64,000 nt of DNA from Lachnospiraceae bacterium (GTDB lineage: Bacteria > Bacillota > Clostridia > Lachnospirales > Lachnospiraceae), in the NCBI GenBank assembly GCA_017503735.1, contig JAFVSN010000005.1, positions 7,628 to 71,627 on the forward strand, written 5' to 3'. The notes under the pieces were generated by a model. It did not search any database, was not told where the DNA came from, and saw only the letters and a program-made list of their open reading frames with translations. Shown here one piece after another: positions 23,327 through 33,174 of the stretch. Each line of letters starts with the position of its first letter. The first letter of the stretch is position 1. A program made the position numbers and the translations under genes.

Positions 23327-24565
23327 ATGAAAAAACAATATCAAATCGATACGGAAGAGAATAAGCGTTTTTTAGAAAAGCTGAGGAAAGAATTGTTTTC
23401 CTTCGGACAAAGGTTTCCTTCTCCGGAGGGGGGCTCGTATTATCTGGGGGAGGACGGAACGCCCATAAAAGAAAGAAACAGGGAAACATGGATTACAAGC
23501 CGGATGGCTCATGTATACAGTATCGGCGTTTTGTTGGGGCAGACCGGTAGCGAAGCATTGGCGGATGCGGCACTCCGGGGGCTGACCGGAGAACTGAAAG
23601 ATGCGGAAAACGGCGGCTGGTATGCCGGGCGTACGGAAAATGGTGCAGTGTTACCGAATAAGCAGTGCTATGCCCATGCTTTTGTGATTCTGGCGGCTTC
23701 CTCCGGGGTTCTTGCAAAACGTCCGGGAGCGGAAGCTTTGTTGCGGGAAGCACTTGCGTTATATGACAAATATTTTTGGGATGAAAAAGAAGGGCTTTCC
23801 TGCGATACCTGGAATACGGAGTTTACGGAACCGGATTCTTACCGTGGTCTGAATGCCAATATGCATACCGTAGAAGCTTTTCTTGCGGCAGCGGATGTGC
23901 TGGGAGAGGAAACCTACAGAACCAGAGCCGGACGGATTATCTGCCGGGTGTTAGGATGGGCAAAAGAGAATCATTGGAGAATTCCGGAGCATTTTACGGA
24001 AGACTGGGTGCCTGATTTGGAATGCAATAAAGAAAAACCGGACGATCCGTTTAAACCTTACGGTGCGACGCCGGGGCACGGAATCGAATGGGCCAGATTG
24101 ATTGTCCAGTGGGCGTTGTCCCGTACCGAAACAGAGTCGGATAAGAACGAAAGTTATATCGAAGCGGCGGAACAGCTATATCACCGGGCGGTTTCGGATG
24201 GGTGGAGCAGAGACGGTGCACCGGGAATCGTATATACCACAGACTGGAACGGGGAGCCGGTGGTTCATGACAGAATGCATTGGACACTGGCGGAGGCAAT
24301 CAATACGTCTGCGGTATTGTACCGGGTAACCGGAAAGAAAGAGTACGCCGGGGATTACGCCGGTTTTATGGAGTATTTGGACGAATTTGTATTAGATAAA
24401 AAGAACGGCTCCTGGTTTCATCAGATGGATTGCAAGAACCGGGTCATCGGCACGGTATGGCCGGGAAAATCCGATTTGTATCATGCGGTGCAGGCAACAC
24501 TGATTCCGTATATGCCGGTAGCATGTTCCGTTGCTCCGGCGGTAAAGAAAAGTCGGAAAAAATAA
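23327..24565 (+). CDS. AGE-family (N-acylglucosamine 2-epimerase superfamily) epimerase/isomerase
   Basis: About 410 aa of (alpha/alpha)6-barrel-type sequence, with QCYAHAFVILA and HGIEWARL motifs characteristic of AGE / cellobiose-2-epimerase / sugar isomerase proteins. Confidence 0.7.
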   Translation: MKKQYQIDTEENKRFLEKLRKELFSFGQRFPSPEGGSYYLGEDGTPIKERNRETWITSRMAHVYSIGVLLGQTGSEALADAALRGLTGELKDAENGGWYAGRTENGAVLPNKQCYAHAFVILAASSGVLAKRPGAEALLREALALYDKYFWDEKEGLSCDTWNTEFTEPDSYRGLNANMHTVEAFLAAADVLGEETYRTRAGRIICRVLGWAKENHWRIPEHFTEDWVPDLECNKEKPDDPFKPYGATPGHGIEWARLIVQWALSRTETESDKNESYIEAAEQLYHRAVSDGWSRDGAPGIVYTTDWNGEPVVHDRMHWTLAEAINTSAVLYRVTGKKEYAGDYAGFMEYLDEFVLDKKNGSWFHQMDCKNRVIGTVWPGKSDLYHAVQATLIPYMPVACSVAPAVKKSRKK

Positions 24566-24580
24566 AGCGGAAAGAAACGG

Positions 24581-24616
24581 GCGTGTGTCCTTGAAAGGGG
24601 ACACACGCTTATTTTA
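24581..24616 (+). terminator. Intrinsic terminator
   Basis: Stem GCGTGTGTCC / GGACACACGC followed by TTATTTTA. Confidence 0.75.
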
Positions 24617-24749
24617 CGGAATACTTTATAAGAATGTGGAAAAAATAGAAAATAGTTCTCGAAAAAGCAAAAAAGATGTGATATAATTATATGGATAAAT
24701 AAGATGGGGGAGTAGTAGCTATCATTTGGAGGAGTTAAGGGAGGTTTTC

Positions 24750-25193
24750 ATGTTAAATAATCGAAAAGTCCGCCTGATGACACGTCTTGCGATGTATGAG
24801 CAGACGGAAGGAAAAGAAGATGTCCGACTCAGTAAGTATTTTCGGAGTGACTATGTCCGATTGAATGTTTTAAAAACCGTAGTGGCAATTACACTGGGGT
24901 ATTTGCTTGTTATGGTGCTTTTAGTGGTGTATCATTCCGAGTATTTAATCCGGGAAGCGGTTACGCTTGATTATGAGGGGATAATTTTACGCTATGTAGG
25001 TATTTATATTATCATTCTTTCCATATATTGCGGAGTAGGAATGATAGGGTATATGATAAAGTACAGAGCATCCAGAAAAAAACTGGCAAAGTATTTCCGT
25101 ATGTTACGGAGATTACGCATTCTTTATAGAGAAGAAGGAGAGCCGACAGAGGCAGAGGAGGAGAGTATAGGTTATGATCGTGGCAATACTTGA
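24750..25193 (+). CDS. Small membrane protein, unknown function
   Basis: RBS GGGAGG before ATG 24750. Two predicted TM helices and a basic C-terminal tail. Confidence 0.5.
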   Translation: MLNNRKVRLMTRLAMYEQTEGKEDVRLSKYFRSDYVRLNVLKTVVAITLGYLLVMVLLVVYHSEYLIREAVTLDYEGIILRYVGIYIIILSIYCGVGMIGYMIKYRASRKKLAKYFRMLRRLRILYREEGEPTEAEEESIGYDRGNT

Positions 25194-26223
25194 ATTGCGG
25201 GCACATATCCTGCGTTTTTTACAAAGATTCCAGCTGGTTGTGGAGCCGGTAGTTAAGTTTATTATTGCATTTGTGGTATTCCGCACGATTAATAATGCAA
25301 TCGGGCATGAGACGATGTTGATGAGTTTGCCGATAGAACTGTTGCTTTCGCTACTCGGTACATTTACCCCGGCGGTTATTCTGATATTGCTGGCGGCGGT
25401 AGTTTCACTGGCTCATATTTATGTGGCGTCTCCGATTTTGGCAATTTTAGTAGCGATATTAATGGCAATTTTGTATTGTTTTATTGCCAGATTTTCCGGA
25501 AAATACGGCTATGTGGTATTGGCAACGCCGATTTTGTTTTTGTTAAAGATTCCGTATGTGATTCCTTTGATTTTGGGATTGGTTGCAAATCCGATGACAA
25601 TTATTCCTACCGCCTGCGGTGTCGTAATCTATCGGATGTTTCAGGTGGTCAGCAGTGCGGCGGTGGCAGACAGCACCCTGGCAATGGAAGACATTCTGAC
25701 ATTGTATATCGATGTAATTGACCGTTTGATTGCAGATAAGCAGATGATTCTTACCATTGCGGTATTTTTTATAATTATTTTGGCAATGTATTTGGTTCGC
25801 AAAATCAGCATGGAGTATGTTTTTGAGGTATCCATTGCGGTGGGAGCCATTGTTTGTATTCTTGGTTTTTTGGTGGCGGATACGGTATTGCACGCGGAAC
25901 TTGACATTATTTCCATGGTATTCGGTACGGTGGGCTCTATGTTGATTGCACTGGTATTCCAGTTTTTCCGTCTGGCACTGGACTATACTGCGGTAGAAAG
26001 AGTACAGTTTGAGGATGACGATTACTATTATTACGTGAAAGCGGTTCCGAAAATCAATTTGGCGGTGCCGGAGCGGAGCGTAAAGAAAATCAGTGAAAAT
26101 GACGAAACCGTTTTTTCGGACGAAATAGACGATGCGGAACTTTCGGAGGAAGAACGATATGCGTTGGGAGAAGAGTCCGTGGAGGATGAGGAAGAAGACG
26201 AACCGTTTTTTCACAATCAGTAA
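25174..26223 (+). CDS. Polytopic membrane protein with a strongly acidic C-terminal tail, unknown function
   Basis: It overlaps the preceding gene by 20 nt. About 8 hydrophobic helices are followed by DDDYYYYV...EEERYALGEESVEDEEEDEPFF. Confidence 0.5.
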   Translation: MIVAILELRAHILRFLQRFQLVVEPVVKFIIAFVVFRTINNAIGHETMLMSLPIELLLSLLGTFTPAVILILLAAVVSLAHIYVASPILAILVAILMAILYCFIARFSGKYGYVVLATPILFLLKIPYVIPLILGLVANPMTIIPTACGVVIYRMFQVVSSAAVADSTLAMEDILTLYIDVIDRLIADKQMILTIAVFFIIILAMYLVRKISMEYVFEVSIAVGAIVCILGFLVADTVLHAELDIISMVFGTVGSMLIALVFQFFRLALDYTAVERVQFEDDDYYYYVKAVPKINLAVPERSVKKISENDETVFSDEIDDAELSEEERYALGEESVEDEEEDEPFFHNQ

Positions 26224-26271
26224 AAAGTAACACACAAGGCGATAAAATAAGAGGCAAGGGGCGGATTGAAT

Positions 26272-27147
26272 ATGGAAAGCCTAAAGGAATTCTTTTCAAA
26301 ATTTGTGATGTGGATGCGGATTCCCAGTATAACGGTAATCGACATACTGGAGATCATTATTATTGCGTTCATTGTTTACAACGTAATTAAATGGATCAGA
26401 TCCACGAGAGCATGGATGCCGGTAAAAGGATTAATGATTTTATTCTTTTTCTGGCTGGTAGCCTTGATTTTCAAGATGGATGTTATTTTGTGGATTTTAA
26501 ATAATACCATCGGTGTCGGTATTACAGCGATTATTATCGTGTTCCAGCCGGAAATCCGGCGGGCGTTGGAGCAGTTGGGACAGCAGAGTTTTCCGACCTC
26601 GCTTCGCATTTTTTCCGAGAACAAGGAAAGAGACGAGAGGTTTTCCGAGAAAACCGTGGAGGAGTTGGTGAAGGGTACTTTTTTCCTTGCACGACACAAG
26701 ACGGGCGCATTGATTGTCATGGAACAAGAGGTGTTTCTCGGAGAATATGAGGAGACGGGAATCGCCATCGATGCGGTTGTGACAAATCAGTTGTTAATTA
26801 ATATTTTTGAGCATAATACACCGTTGCATGACGGTGCGGTTATTGTGCGCGGAGATCGCATTGTGGCGGCTACCTGTTACCTGCCGGTATCAAAGAATAT
26901 GAGACTGAGTAAAGAATTGGGAACCAGACATCGTGCAGGCGTAGGAATCAGTGAAGTGACGGATAGTTTTACCATTATTGTATCCGAGCAGACCGGAAAG
27001 GTATCTTTGGCACAAAACGGTACATTAATCAGCAATATCGATGCGGATTATCTGCGTATGAAGTTACAGGAAATTCAGAAAGATAAGGCAAAGGTCTCCG
27101 CGGGCAGGAAAAAGCCGTTATGGAAGAAGGGAGGAGAACGTCAATGA
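26272..27147 (+). CDS. cdaA: Diadenylate cyclase CdaA (membrane-anchored DAC domain)
   Basis: Three N-terminal TM helices, then DAC motifs HDGAVIV and GTRHRAGVGISE. Confidence 0.9.
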   Translation: MESLKEFFSKFVMWMRIPSITVIDILEIIIIAFIVYNVIKWIRSTRAWMPVKGLMILFFFWLVALIFKMDVILWILNNTIGVGITAIIIVFQPEIRRALEQLGQQSFPTSLRIFSENKERDERFSEKTVEELVKGTFFLARHKTGALIVMEQEVFLGEYEETGIAIDAVVTNQLLINIFEHNTPLHDGAVIVRGDRIVAATCYLPVSKNMRLSKELGTRHRAGVGISEVTDSFTIIVSEQTGKVSLAQNGTLISNIDADYLRMKLQEIQKDKAKVSAGRKKPLWKKGGERQ

Positions 27148-28388
27148 AAAAGAAATTGACCAATAACTTTTGGATGAAACTCCTCTCCGTGGGAATTGCG
27201 GTTGTGTTTTGGTTTGTAATTATCAACTCGGAAGATCCGATGGAAAGCAGAGTGTTCAAGGATATCCGGGTAACGGTATTAAACGAAGAACAAGTGCAGG
27301 AAAGAGAAAAAGTATTAGAGGTTTTAAGCGGAGATAAAGTTGACGTGGTAGTAGAAGGAAGGCGTTCGGTATTGGAACAGTTGACGGACTCCGACATTGA
27401 AGCGACGGCAGACCTGTCCGAAGTTTCTTTTATGGATACGGTACTGGTAAAGGCGAGTGTGCCGTCCCGTTCCGACGTAAAAGTATTAAATAACGGCGAG
27501 AATGTGATGAAGCTGTTATTTGATGATTATGTAACAAAACGGTTTAGTTTCAAGGTGAATACCATCGGAGAGCCGATGGCCGGATATTATGTGGGAGACG
27601 CGTTACCGAGCCCGAATATTATTCAGATTTCCGGTGCGAAGACTGTGTTAGACAAGATAAAAGAAGTAATCTTAAATGTAGATGTCAGCGGAAGAAGCGT
27701 GAATTTTGCTACGGGAGTTACTCCGGTTGTCTATGATATGAACGGGGACGAGATTGCTTCTTCAAAGTTAAAGCTGCAGATGGAAGCGGATACGGTAATC
27801 GTAAATGTACCGATTCTTGCATCGAAGGAACTGAAGATTCGTGTAACTACCATAGGAGAAGTGGCGGAAGGGTATGAACTTCTGAGTGATAATGTTGCAT
27901 TTCAGCCGGAGACGGTACGCATTGCGGGAACCAGGGAAGAACTGGATAAGTTAGGAAGCGTTCTGTTACTGGAGGTGGATGTGACCGGACAATCGGGTTC
28001 CATTGAGAAAAACATCCAGCTCAGTTCCGTGTTGGATGATGCATTGACCAGCTTAAGAGTTGTGGATAATCAAAAGGTGGCGGTTACGATAAATGTGACT
28101 CCGTATGTGGAGCGGGAGTTATCCATTCCGGTGTCGAAAATCGAAATCAGAAATTTGGAAGAAGGCCTGATTGCGGAATTTGTGCAGACGACCAATGTAC
28201 CTGCAACGGTAAAATGTAAGGCCGCCAGAGCTCCTTTGATTACAGTAGAACATTTAAAACCTCATGTAGACCTAAGCGGCTACACGGAGGGTACATATAG
28301 CTTGCCGTTACAATTGGAGCTTCCTTCCAAGGTTTTGTGGGAAGAAGGAGAACAGGTGGAATTGGTGATACGGAAGCCGGCACCGTAG
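27144..28388 (+). CDS. cdaR: CdaA regulatory protein CdaR (YbbR-domain repeats)
   Basis: ATGA overlap with the cdaA stop. An N-terminal TM helix is followed by four YbbR-like repeats of about 90 aa. Confidence 0.8.
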   Translation: MKKKLTNNFWMKLLSVGIAVVFWFVIINSEDPMESRVFKDIRVTVLNEEQVQEREKVLEVLSGDKVDVVVEGRRSVLEQLTDSDIEATADLSEVSFMDTVLVKASVPSRSDVKVLNNGENVMKLLFDDYVTKRFSFKVNTIGEPMAGYYVGDALPSPNIIQISGAKTVLDKIKEVILNVDVSGRSVNFATGVTPVVYDMNGDEIASSKLKLQMEADTVIVNVPILASKELKIRVTTIGEVAEGYELLSDNVAFQPETVRIAGTREELDKLGSVLLLEVDVTGQSGSIEKNIQLSSVLDDALTSLRVVDNQKVAVTINVTPYVERELSIPVSKIEIRNLEEGLIAEFVQTTNVPATVKCKAARAPLITVEHLKPHVDLSGYTEGTYSLPLQLELPSKVLWEEGEQVELVIRKPAP

Positions 28389-28430
28389 GAAGAATATAGT
28401 ATAGGAAGAAAAGATAGGAGATGGGCAGGA

Positions 28431-29204
28431 ATGTCTGTAATAAAGACTTTTGGAAAATACCGTAATTTACTGATAGAGCTGATAAAAAAGGATATTAAAT
28501 TAAAATACCGCAGTTCTTATCTGGGAGTTGTGTGGACATTACTGGAACCGTTGCTTACCATGCTGGTACTGACGCTGGTTTTTTCAGCGATGTTAGGAAA
28601 AGGGACGCGGGATTTCCCTGTGTACATTTTAACCGGACGTCTGGTTTATTCCTTTTTTTCCAACGGAACAAAGGCTGCATTGCGGGCGGTACGTGCCAAT
28701 GCGGGGATGATTCGAAAGGTATATGTGCCGAAATACATGTATCCTTTTGCATCGGTATTGTCGGGATATGTTATCTTTTTGATTTCTCTGATTGTTTTGG
28801 CAATCGTGGCACTGGTGCGAGGAGTTTATCCGACGTTACAGTTGTTGTGGATTTTGATACCGCTCGGTCAGGTGTTGCTTATGACCACGGGTGTCGGAAT
28901 GATTTTAGCGACGATGGCAGTATTCTTTCGCGATGTGGAGTATTTGTGGGGAGTGGCACTGATGCTGATTATGTATGCAAGTGCGATTTTCTATCAGGTA
29001 AAGGATGTGGTAAGTCCGACCAATGCTTGGATTTTTAAGTTGAATCCGTTATATGCCGTAATTGTGAATTTCCGGAATGCGGTATTCGGTCAGGCACCGG
29101 ATTTTTCTGCCATGTGGTACGCCTTTGGGTTCGGTGCGGTATCCATGGTGCTTGGTGTTTTTGTATTTTACAAAAAGCAGGATAAGTTTATTTTGTATTT
29201 ATAA
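28431..29204 (+). CDS. ABC-2 type polysaccharide/teichoic-acid exporter permease (TagG/Wzm-like)
   Basis: KDIKLKYRSSYLGVVWTLLEP is the N-terminal signature of ABC-2 permeases. Six TM helices. Confidence 0.75.
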   Translation: MSVIKTFGKYRNLLIELIKKDIKLKYRSSYLGVVWTLLEPLLTMLVLTLVFSAMLGKGTRDFPVYILTGRLVYSFFSNGTKAALRAVRANAGMIRKVYVPKYMYPFASVLSGYVIFLISLIVLAIVALVRGVYPTLQLLWILIPLGQVLLMTTGVGMILATMAVFFRDVEYLWGVALMLIMYASAIFYQVKDVVSPTNAWIFKLNPLYAVIVNFRNAVFGQAPDFSAMWYAFGFGAVSMVLGVFVFYKKQDKFILYL

Positions 29205-29221
29205 GTGCGGAGTGATGGAAG

Positions 29222-29965
29222 ATGGAAGAGAAGAATGTGGTTTCGGTAAAGGACCTTGGGGTGAAATTTCACCTGAGTGAACAAAAGGTAGACAATTTAA
29301 AAGAATATGTGATCCGCATTGTAAAACGTCAGATGAGATACAAAGAATTTTGGGCCCTTCGGAATGTTTCTTTTGATGTGAAAAAGGGAGAAAGAGTTGC
29401 GATTTTAGGCCTGAACGGTGCGGGGAAAAGTACAATGCTTAAGGTGATTGCCGGAGTGTTGAAAGCAACGGAGGGAAAGGTTTCCCGTTCCGGTGTGTTG
29501 GTTCCTTTGTTGGAATTGGGAGCAGGGTTTGATCTCCAGTATACCGGTGCCGAGAATATCTATTTATATGGAGCTATGCTGGGCTATTCCAAAGCTTTTT
29601 TAAAGGAAAAGTATGATGAAATCGTAGAATTTTCGGAGCTGGGGGATTTTATTCATGTGCCGCTTAAGAACTACTCTTCGGGAATGCGGGCCAGATTGGG
29701 GTTTGCTATTGCTACATTGGTGGAACCGGATATTTTGATTTTGGATGAGGTTCTTTCTGTCGGAGATGTACAATTTCGGAAAAAGAGTGAGAACCGCATT
29801 AAAGAAATGTTTGATAAGGGAATTACCGTTTTATTTGTGTCCCATAATCTGGTGCAGGTCCGCTCTTTGTGTACCAGAGCAATCTGGTTGGAAAACGGAC
29901 ATGTGGTGGAGGACGGTCCGGTGGATGAGGTAACGGCGCATTTTGAAGAAAAGGTGACGAAATAG
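29222..29965 (+). CDS. ABC exporter ATP-binding protein (TagH/Wzt-like)
   Basis: Walker A GLNGAGKST, signature YSSGMRARL and Walker B ILILDE. Confidence 0.8.
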   Translation: MEEKNVVSVKDLGVKFHLSEQKVDNLKEYVIRIVKRQMRYKEFWALRNVSFDVKKGERVAILGLNGAGKSTMLKVIAGVLKATEGKVSRSGVLVPLLELGAGFDLQYTGAENIYLYGAMLGYSKAFLKEKYDEIVEFSELGDFIHVPLKNYSSGMRARLGFAIATLVEPDILILDEVLSVGDVQFRKKSENRIKEMFDKGITVLFVSHNLVQVRSLCTRAIWLENGHVVEDGPVDEVTAHFEEKVTK

Positions 29966-29987
29966 AAGAAAGAAACGATGAAATTAC

Positions 29988-30036
29988 AAAAGCTGCCTTG
30001 GGTTACATTCGACGAATGTTCCGGGCAGCTTTTGCT
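29988..30036. terminator. Long hairpin terminator between convergent genes
   Basis: AAAAGCTGCC (29988-29997) pairs with GGCAGCTTTT (30024-30033). An inner ACATTC/GAATGT pairing extends the stem. Confidence 0.7.
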
Positions 30037-30068
30037 ATGAGGAGTTATGAACAAAGAGTAAGTGTTTC

Positions 30069-31583
30069 CTAAGGAAGTTTCGGTACTTCGGATGAATTTT
30101 GCGTTGCCAGTTCAGGATTTTGCTGTAAGGTTACGTGAAAGGTAAGCTCTTTAAATTTTCCTTCTATAATCCGTTGTACGGTAATCTGAATTTCGGTGCC
30201 GTAGCGATTTGAGGTTACGGCATTGATTAACTGGTTCGGGGTGGTTACCTTTGTGTCGTTTACTTTGGTAATGATATCGCCTTGGTAGATACCGGCTTTC
30301 TCTGCGGCACTGTCTTTCAAAACATCAGAGACATATACACCTTCCGGCCAACCGTAATATTGGAAAATATCTGCTTCCAGTTCCATGACGGAAACACCGA
30401 GATAGCCCTTTTCGTTTTCGGAAAGAATCTCCCGTGTCATTAAGTCGTCTAAAATCGGGATTGCTTTGGAAATCGGAATGGCAAAGCAGATGCCTTCAAT
30501 CTCTGTACTGGTCAGCTTTGCGTTATTGATGCCGATGACTTCTCCCTTGGTATTTAACAGGGCACCGCCACTGTTTCCTTCATTGATTGCCGCATTGGTT
30601 TGTAATAATACCATATCGTTTCCGGAAATGGTAACATCCCGGTCCTTTGCACTTAAATAACCGACGGTTACGGTAGGACCGTGGCCTAAGGAATTTCCGA
30701 TGGCAACTACCATCTGTCCGATACGGGAACTGTCGGAATCGCCTAAAACCGCCACGTCGATGCTGTCTAAGGTTTCCTGCGTCAAACCGGAAATCGGAAG
30801 AGCCAAAATCGCCAGATCCGATTGGGCATCGGAGCCTTTTACCGTAGCGGCATGGGAAGTGCCGTCCGCAAGGATGACCTGAACGGAAGAAGTTTTTTCG
30901 ATTACGTGGTAGTTTGTGGCAATGAGTAAATCGTTTTCATTGGAGCCTACAATAATACCGGAACCGCCGCCTTCCGATTCCTCGGAAAACGGTTGTCCGA
31001 AGAAATTATATGAGGTGATGGTGGTCAGAGTTTTAATGGATACCATGGCAGGCATGGTCTGTTCTACCACCGAAGCTACGGTCTCCGAAGCATCCGTTTC
31101 GCCCACATCGTTGGTAGGGGTTGCGGCGATGGAAAAATCCGGTCGCTCATGGACCTCGTCTTTTTTCGGGAAATCTTCTACCAAAGCCTTTTGTTCCGGA
31201 AAGAAATAGGAAACTGCATATTTGACACCGAAAAATGTACCGCCGGCAACAAGGCCGAAACAAACGGCAAGCCCGACGCATGCAAAGAATTTTTTCAAAC
31301 GCCGATGCTCTTTTTTGACCTTTTTCGGAGCAGGATCGAAAAAGGGAGCATCTCCGGCTGCATCAGTTCCGCTATCCGGTACAGGGCCTGTTGCGGAACC
31401 GGTTGCAAAATCTGCTGCCTCTGTTGCAGTTTCGTTTGCGGAAGCTGCATGGACAGTTGCAGTCTCTGTTACGGCTTCCGGTGTCTTTGTATCGGAAGCA
31501 GGGGCGGTCTCCGGAGAGGTATCGGAGGAGGATGTTTGTCCTTCTGCCCAGAAATGATAGGTTACGTCTTGTTCTGTATTCAT
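30069..31583 (-). CDS. htrA: HtrA/DegP-family trypsin-like serine protease with PDZ domain
   Basis: Catalytic Ser motif GNSGGALLN and a C-terminal PDZ domain. The N-terminal cytoplasmic region is low-complexity and is followed by a TM helix. RBS GGAGG. Confidence 0.85.
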   Translation of the reverse strand: MNTEQDVTYHFWAEGQTSSSDTSPETAPASDTKTPEAVTETATVHAASANETATEAADFATGSATGPVPDSGTDAAGDAPFFDPAPKKVKKEHRRLKKFFACVGLAVCFGLVAGGTFFGVKYAVSYFFPEQKALVEDFPKKDEVHERPDFSIAATPTNDVGETDASETVASVVEQTMPAMVSIKTLTTITSYNFFGQPFSEESEGGGSGIIVGSNENDLLIATNYHVIEKTSSVQVILADGTSHAATVKGSDAQSDLAILALPISGLTQETLDSIDVAVLGDSDSSRIGQMVVAIGNSLGHGPTVTVGYLSAKDRDVTISGNDMVLLQTNAAINEGNSGGALLNTKGEVIGINNAKLTSTEIEGICFAIPISKAIPILDDLMTREILSENEKGYLGVSVMELEADIFQYYGWPEGVYVSDVLKDSAAEKAGIYQGDIITKVNDTKVTTPNQLINAVTSNRYGTEIQITVQRIIEGKFKELTFHVTLQQNPELATQNSSEVPKLP

Positions 31584-31749
31584 AAAAACCTCCTACATTG
31601 ACTTCGTTATGGCTATAGTGTACCACGGTTTTGTGTAGGCTTTGTGACGAATCGGTTAAGAAATGTTGTATTTCTAAAATTTTTGTTGAGGTTTTGGTTA
31701 GAATCATGTAAGATAACATATAAGAGGAGTGGAAGAATAGGAGAATATA

Positions 31750-33147
31750 ATGATCAAAGACAATCAAAAAACATTCAATCAATTGCATATTTTGGCGGAC
31801 GCCTTTTTTGTTCTCCTTTCGTATGCTTTGGCCTACATGCTTCGTTTCGTATGGCTGGATATGCATAAGGCGGGAGATTATACCGTAGAATCCTATGCGC
31901 GTTTTTTTGTGGTGGCACTGCCGGTTTATATTTTGATTTACTGGTTCGGAGGGTTGTATGCACCGAAACGCGGAAAAAGCATGTACTGGGAGTTGTGGCT
32001 TGTTCTGAAGGCAAATATAATCAGCGGAGCCGGCTTCATGGTGCTGTTGTTCTTGTTTAAGATGGATATTTCCCGAGGTTTCCTTGCGATGTTCTTCGGT
32101 ACGAATGTTGTGTTTGAAAGCGCATTCCGTTATTGCGTCAGAAAATTGCTGGAGCATATCCGAAGAAAAGGAAAGAATTTAAAACACATTCTGATTGTGG
32201 GTTACAGCCGGGCGGCAGAGGCTTACATTGACCGTATCCTTTCCAATCCGCAATGGGGCTATTTTATTCACGGAATTCTGGATGATAAGATGGCGGTGGG
32301 GACGCGGTATAAGAAAATTGCGGTAGTAGGAACCATGGAAGAATTATCGTCGTATCTAAAAGAGAGGGAATATGACGAAATTGCCATTACCTTGTCCATC
32401 GAGGAATACGAAAAGCTGGAACGATTGGTGACTGCCTGTGAATATTCCGGTGTGCATACGAAATTTATACCGGATTATAATCACATTGTGCCAACGGTGC
32501 CGTATATTGAAGATCTGGAGGGGCTTCCGGTTATTAATATACGAAAGGTGCCGCTCAGTAATACGGTAAATCGTGCCATAAAGCGTACCGTTGATATTAT
32601 AGGTGCCTTTACAGCGTTAATTCTGTTTTCGATTCCGATGTTGATTGTAGCAATCGTGATAAAATGTACCTCCAAAGGTCCGGTGATTTTTTCTCAGGTT
32701 CGTGTAGGACTGCATAATAAGGAATTCAAAATGTATAAGTTCCGTTCCATGGTGGTACAAGATGCGACAGCGGAAGCAAAAGCATGGACTACGAAGAATG
32801 ACACCAGAGTAACGGGAATCGGTAAAATTATTCGTAAGACAAGTATAGATGAACTTCCGCAATTGTTTAATGTGTTAAAGGGAGACATGAGTTTGGTTGG
32901 ACCTCGTCCCGAACGGCCGAAATTCGTGGAAAAATTCAAGGAAGAGATTCCGCGTTACATGATCAAACATCAGGTACGTCCGGGAATCACGGGCTGGGCA
33001 CAGGTAAACGGATACCGGGGGGATACGTCCATCCGGAAAAGAATCGAGCATGATGTACATTATATTGAGAATTGGACGCTCGGGTTCGATGTCAAAATTT
33101 TGTTTATGACTATTTTTAAAGGATTTATCAATAAGAATGCGTATTAA
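31750..33147 (+). CDS. Polyprenyl-phosphate glycosyl-1-phosphate transferase (bacterial sugar transferase, WcaJ/EpsL-like initiating enzyme)
   Basis: The C-terminal catalytic domain carries KFRSM, DELPQLFNVLKGDMSLVGPRP and the PGITGWAQV motif. The N-terminal membrane domain has four TM helices. Confidence 0.85.
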   Translation: MIKDNQKTFNQLHILADAFFVLLSYALAYMLRFVWLDMHKAGDYTVESYARFFVVALPVYILIYWFGGLYAPKRGKSMYWELWLVLKANIISGAGFMVLLFLFKMDISRGFLAMFFGTNVVFESAFRYCVRKLLEHIRRKGKNLKHILIVGYSRAAEAYIDRILSNPQWGYFIHGILDDKMAVGTRYKKIAVVGTMEELSSYLKEREYDEIAITLSIEEYEKLERLVTACEYSGVHTKFIPDYNHIVPTVPYIEDLEGLPVINIRKVPLSNTVNRAIKRTVDIIGAFTALILFSIPMLIVAIVIKCTSKGPVIFSQVRVGLHNKEFKMYKFRSMVVQDATAEAKAWTTKNDTRVTGIGKIIRKTSIDELPQLFNVLKGDMSLVGPRPERPKFVEKFKEEIPRYMIKHQVRPGITGWAQVNGYRGDTSIRKRIEHDVHYIENWTLGFDVKILFMTIFKGFINKNAY

Positions 33148-33174
33148 CGCAACGGGAACGGAAAGGTGAGAAAG

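Noticed and set aside
25543-26235. A 230-aa minus-strand ORF antisense to the polytopic membrane protein gene
   Set aside because: The composition is low-complexity (Arg/Asn/His/Phe-rich), typical of the antisense of an AT-rich hydrophobic gene. The + strand frame has clear TM-helix periodicity and gene coupling.
30069-31583. The low-complexity Thr/Ala/Asp-rich N-terminus of HtrA and the + strand ORFs overlapping it as possible separate genes
   Set aside because: The region is in frame with the protease, preceded by a GGAGG RBS and followed by the TM anchor. The overlapping ORFs lack RBSs and motifs.
31372-32157. A 261-aa minus-strand ORF spanning the htrA 5' end, the divergent intergenic region and the sugar transferase 5' end
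   Set aside because: It overlaps two well-supported genes and an intergenic promoter region, and it has no domain signal.
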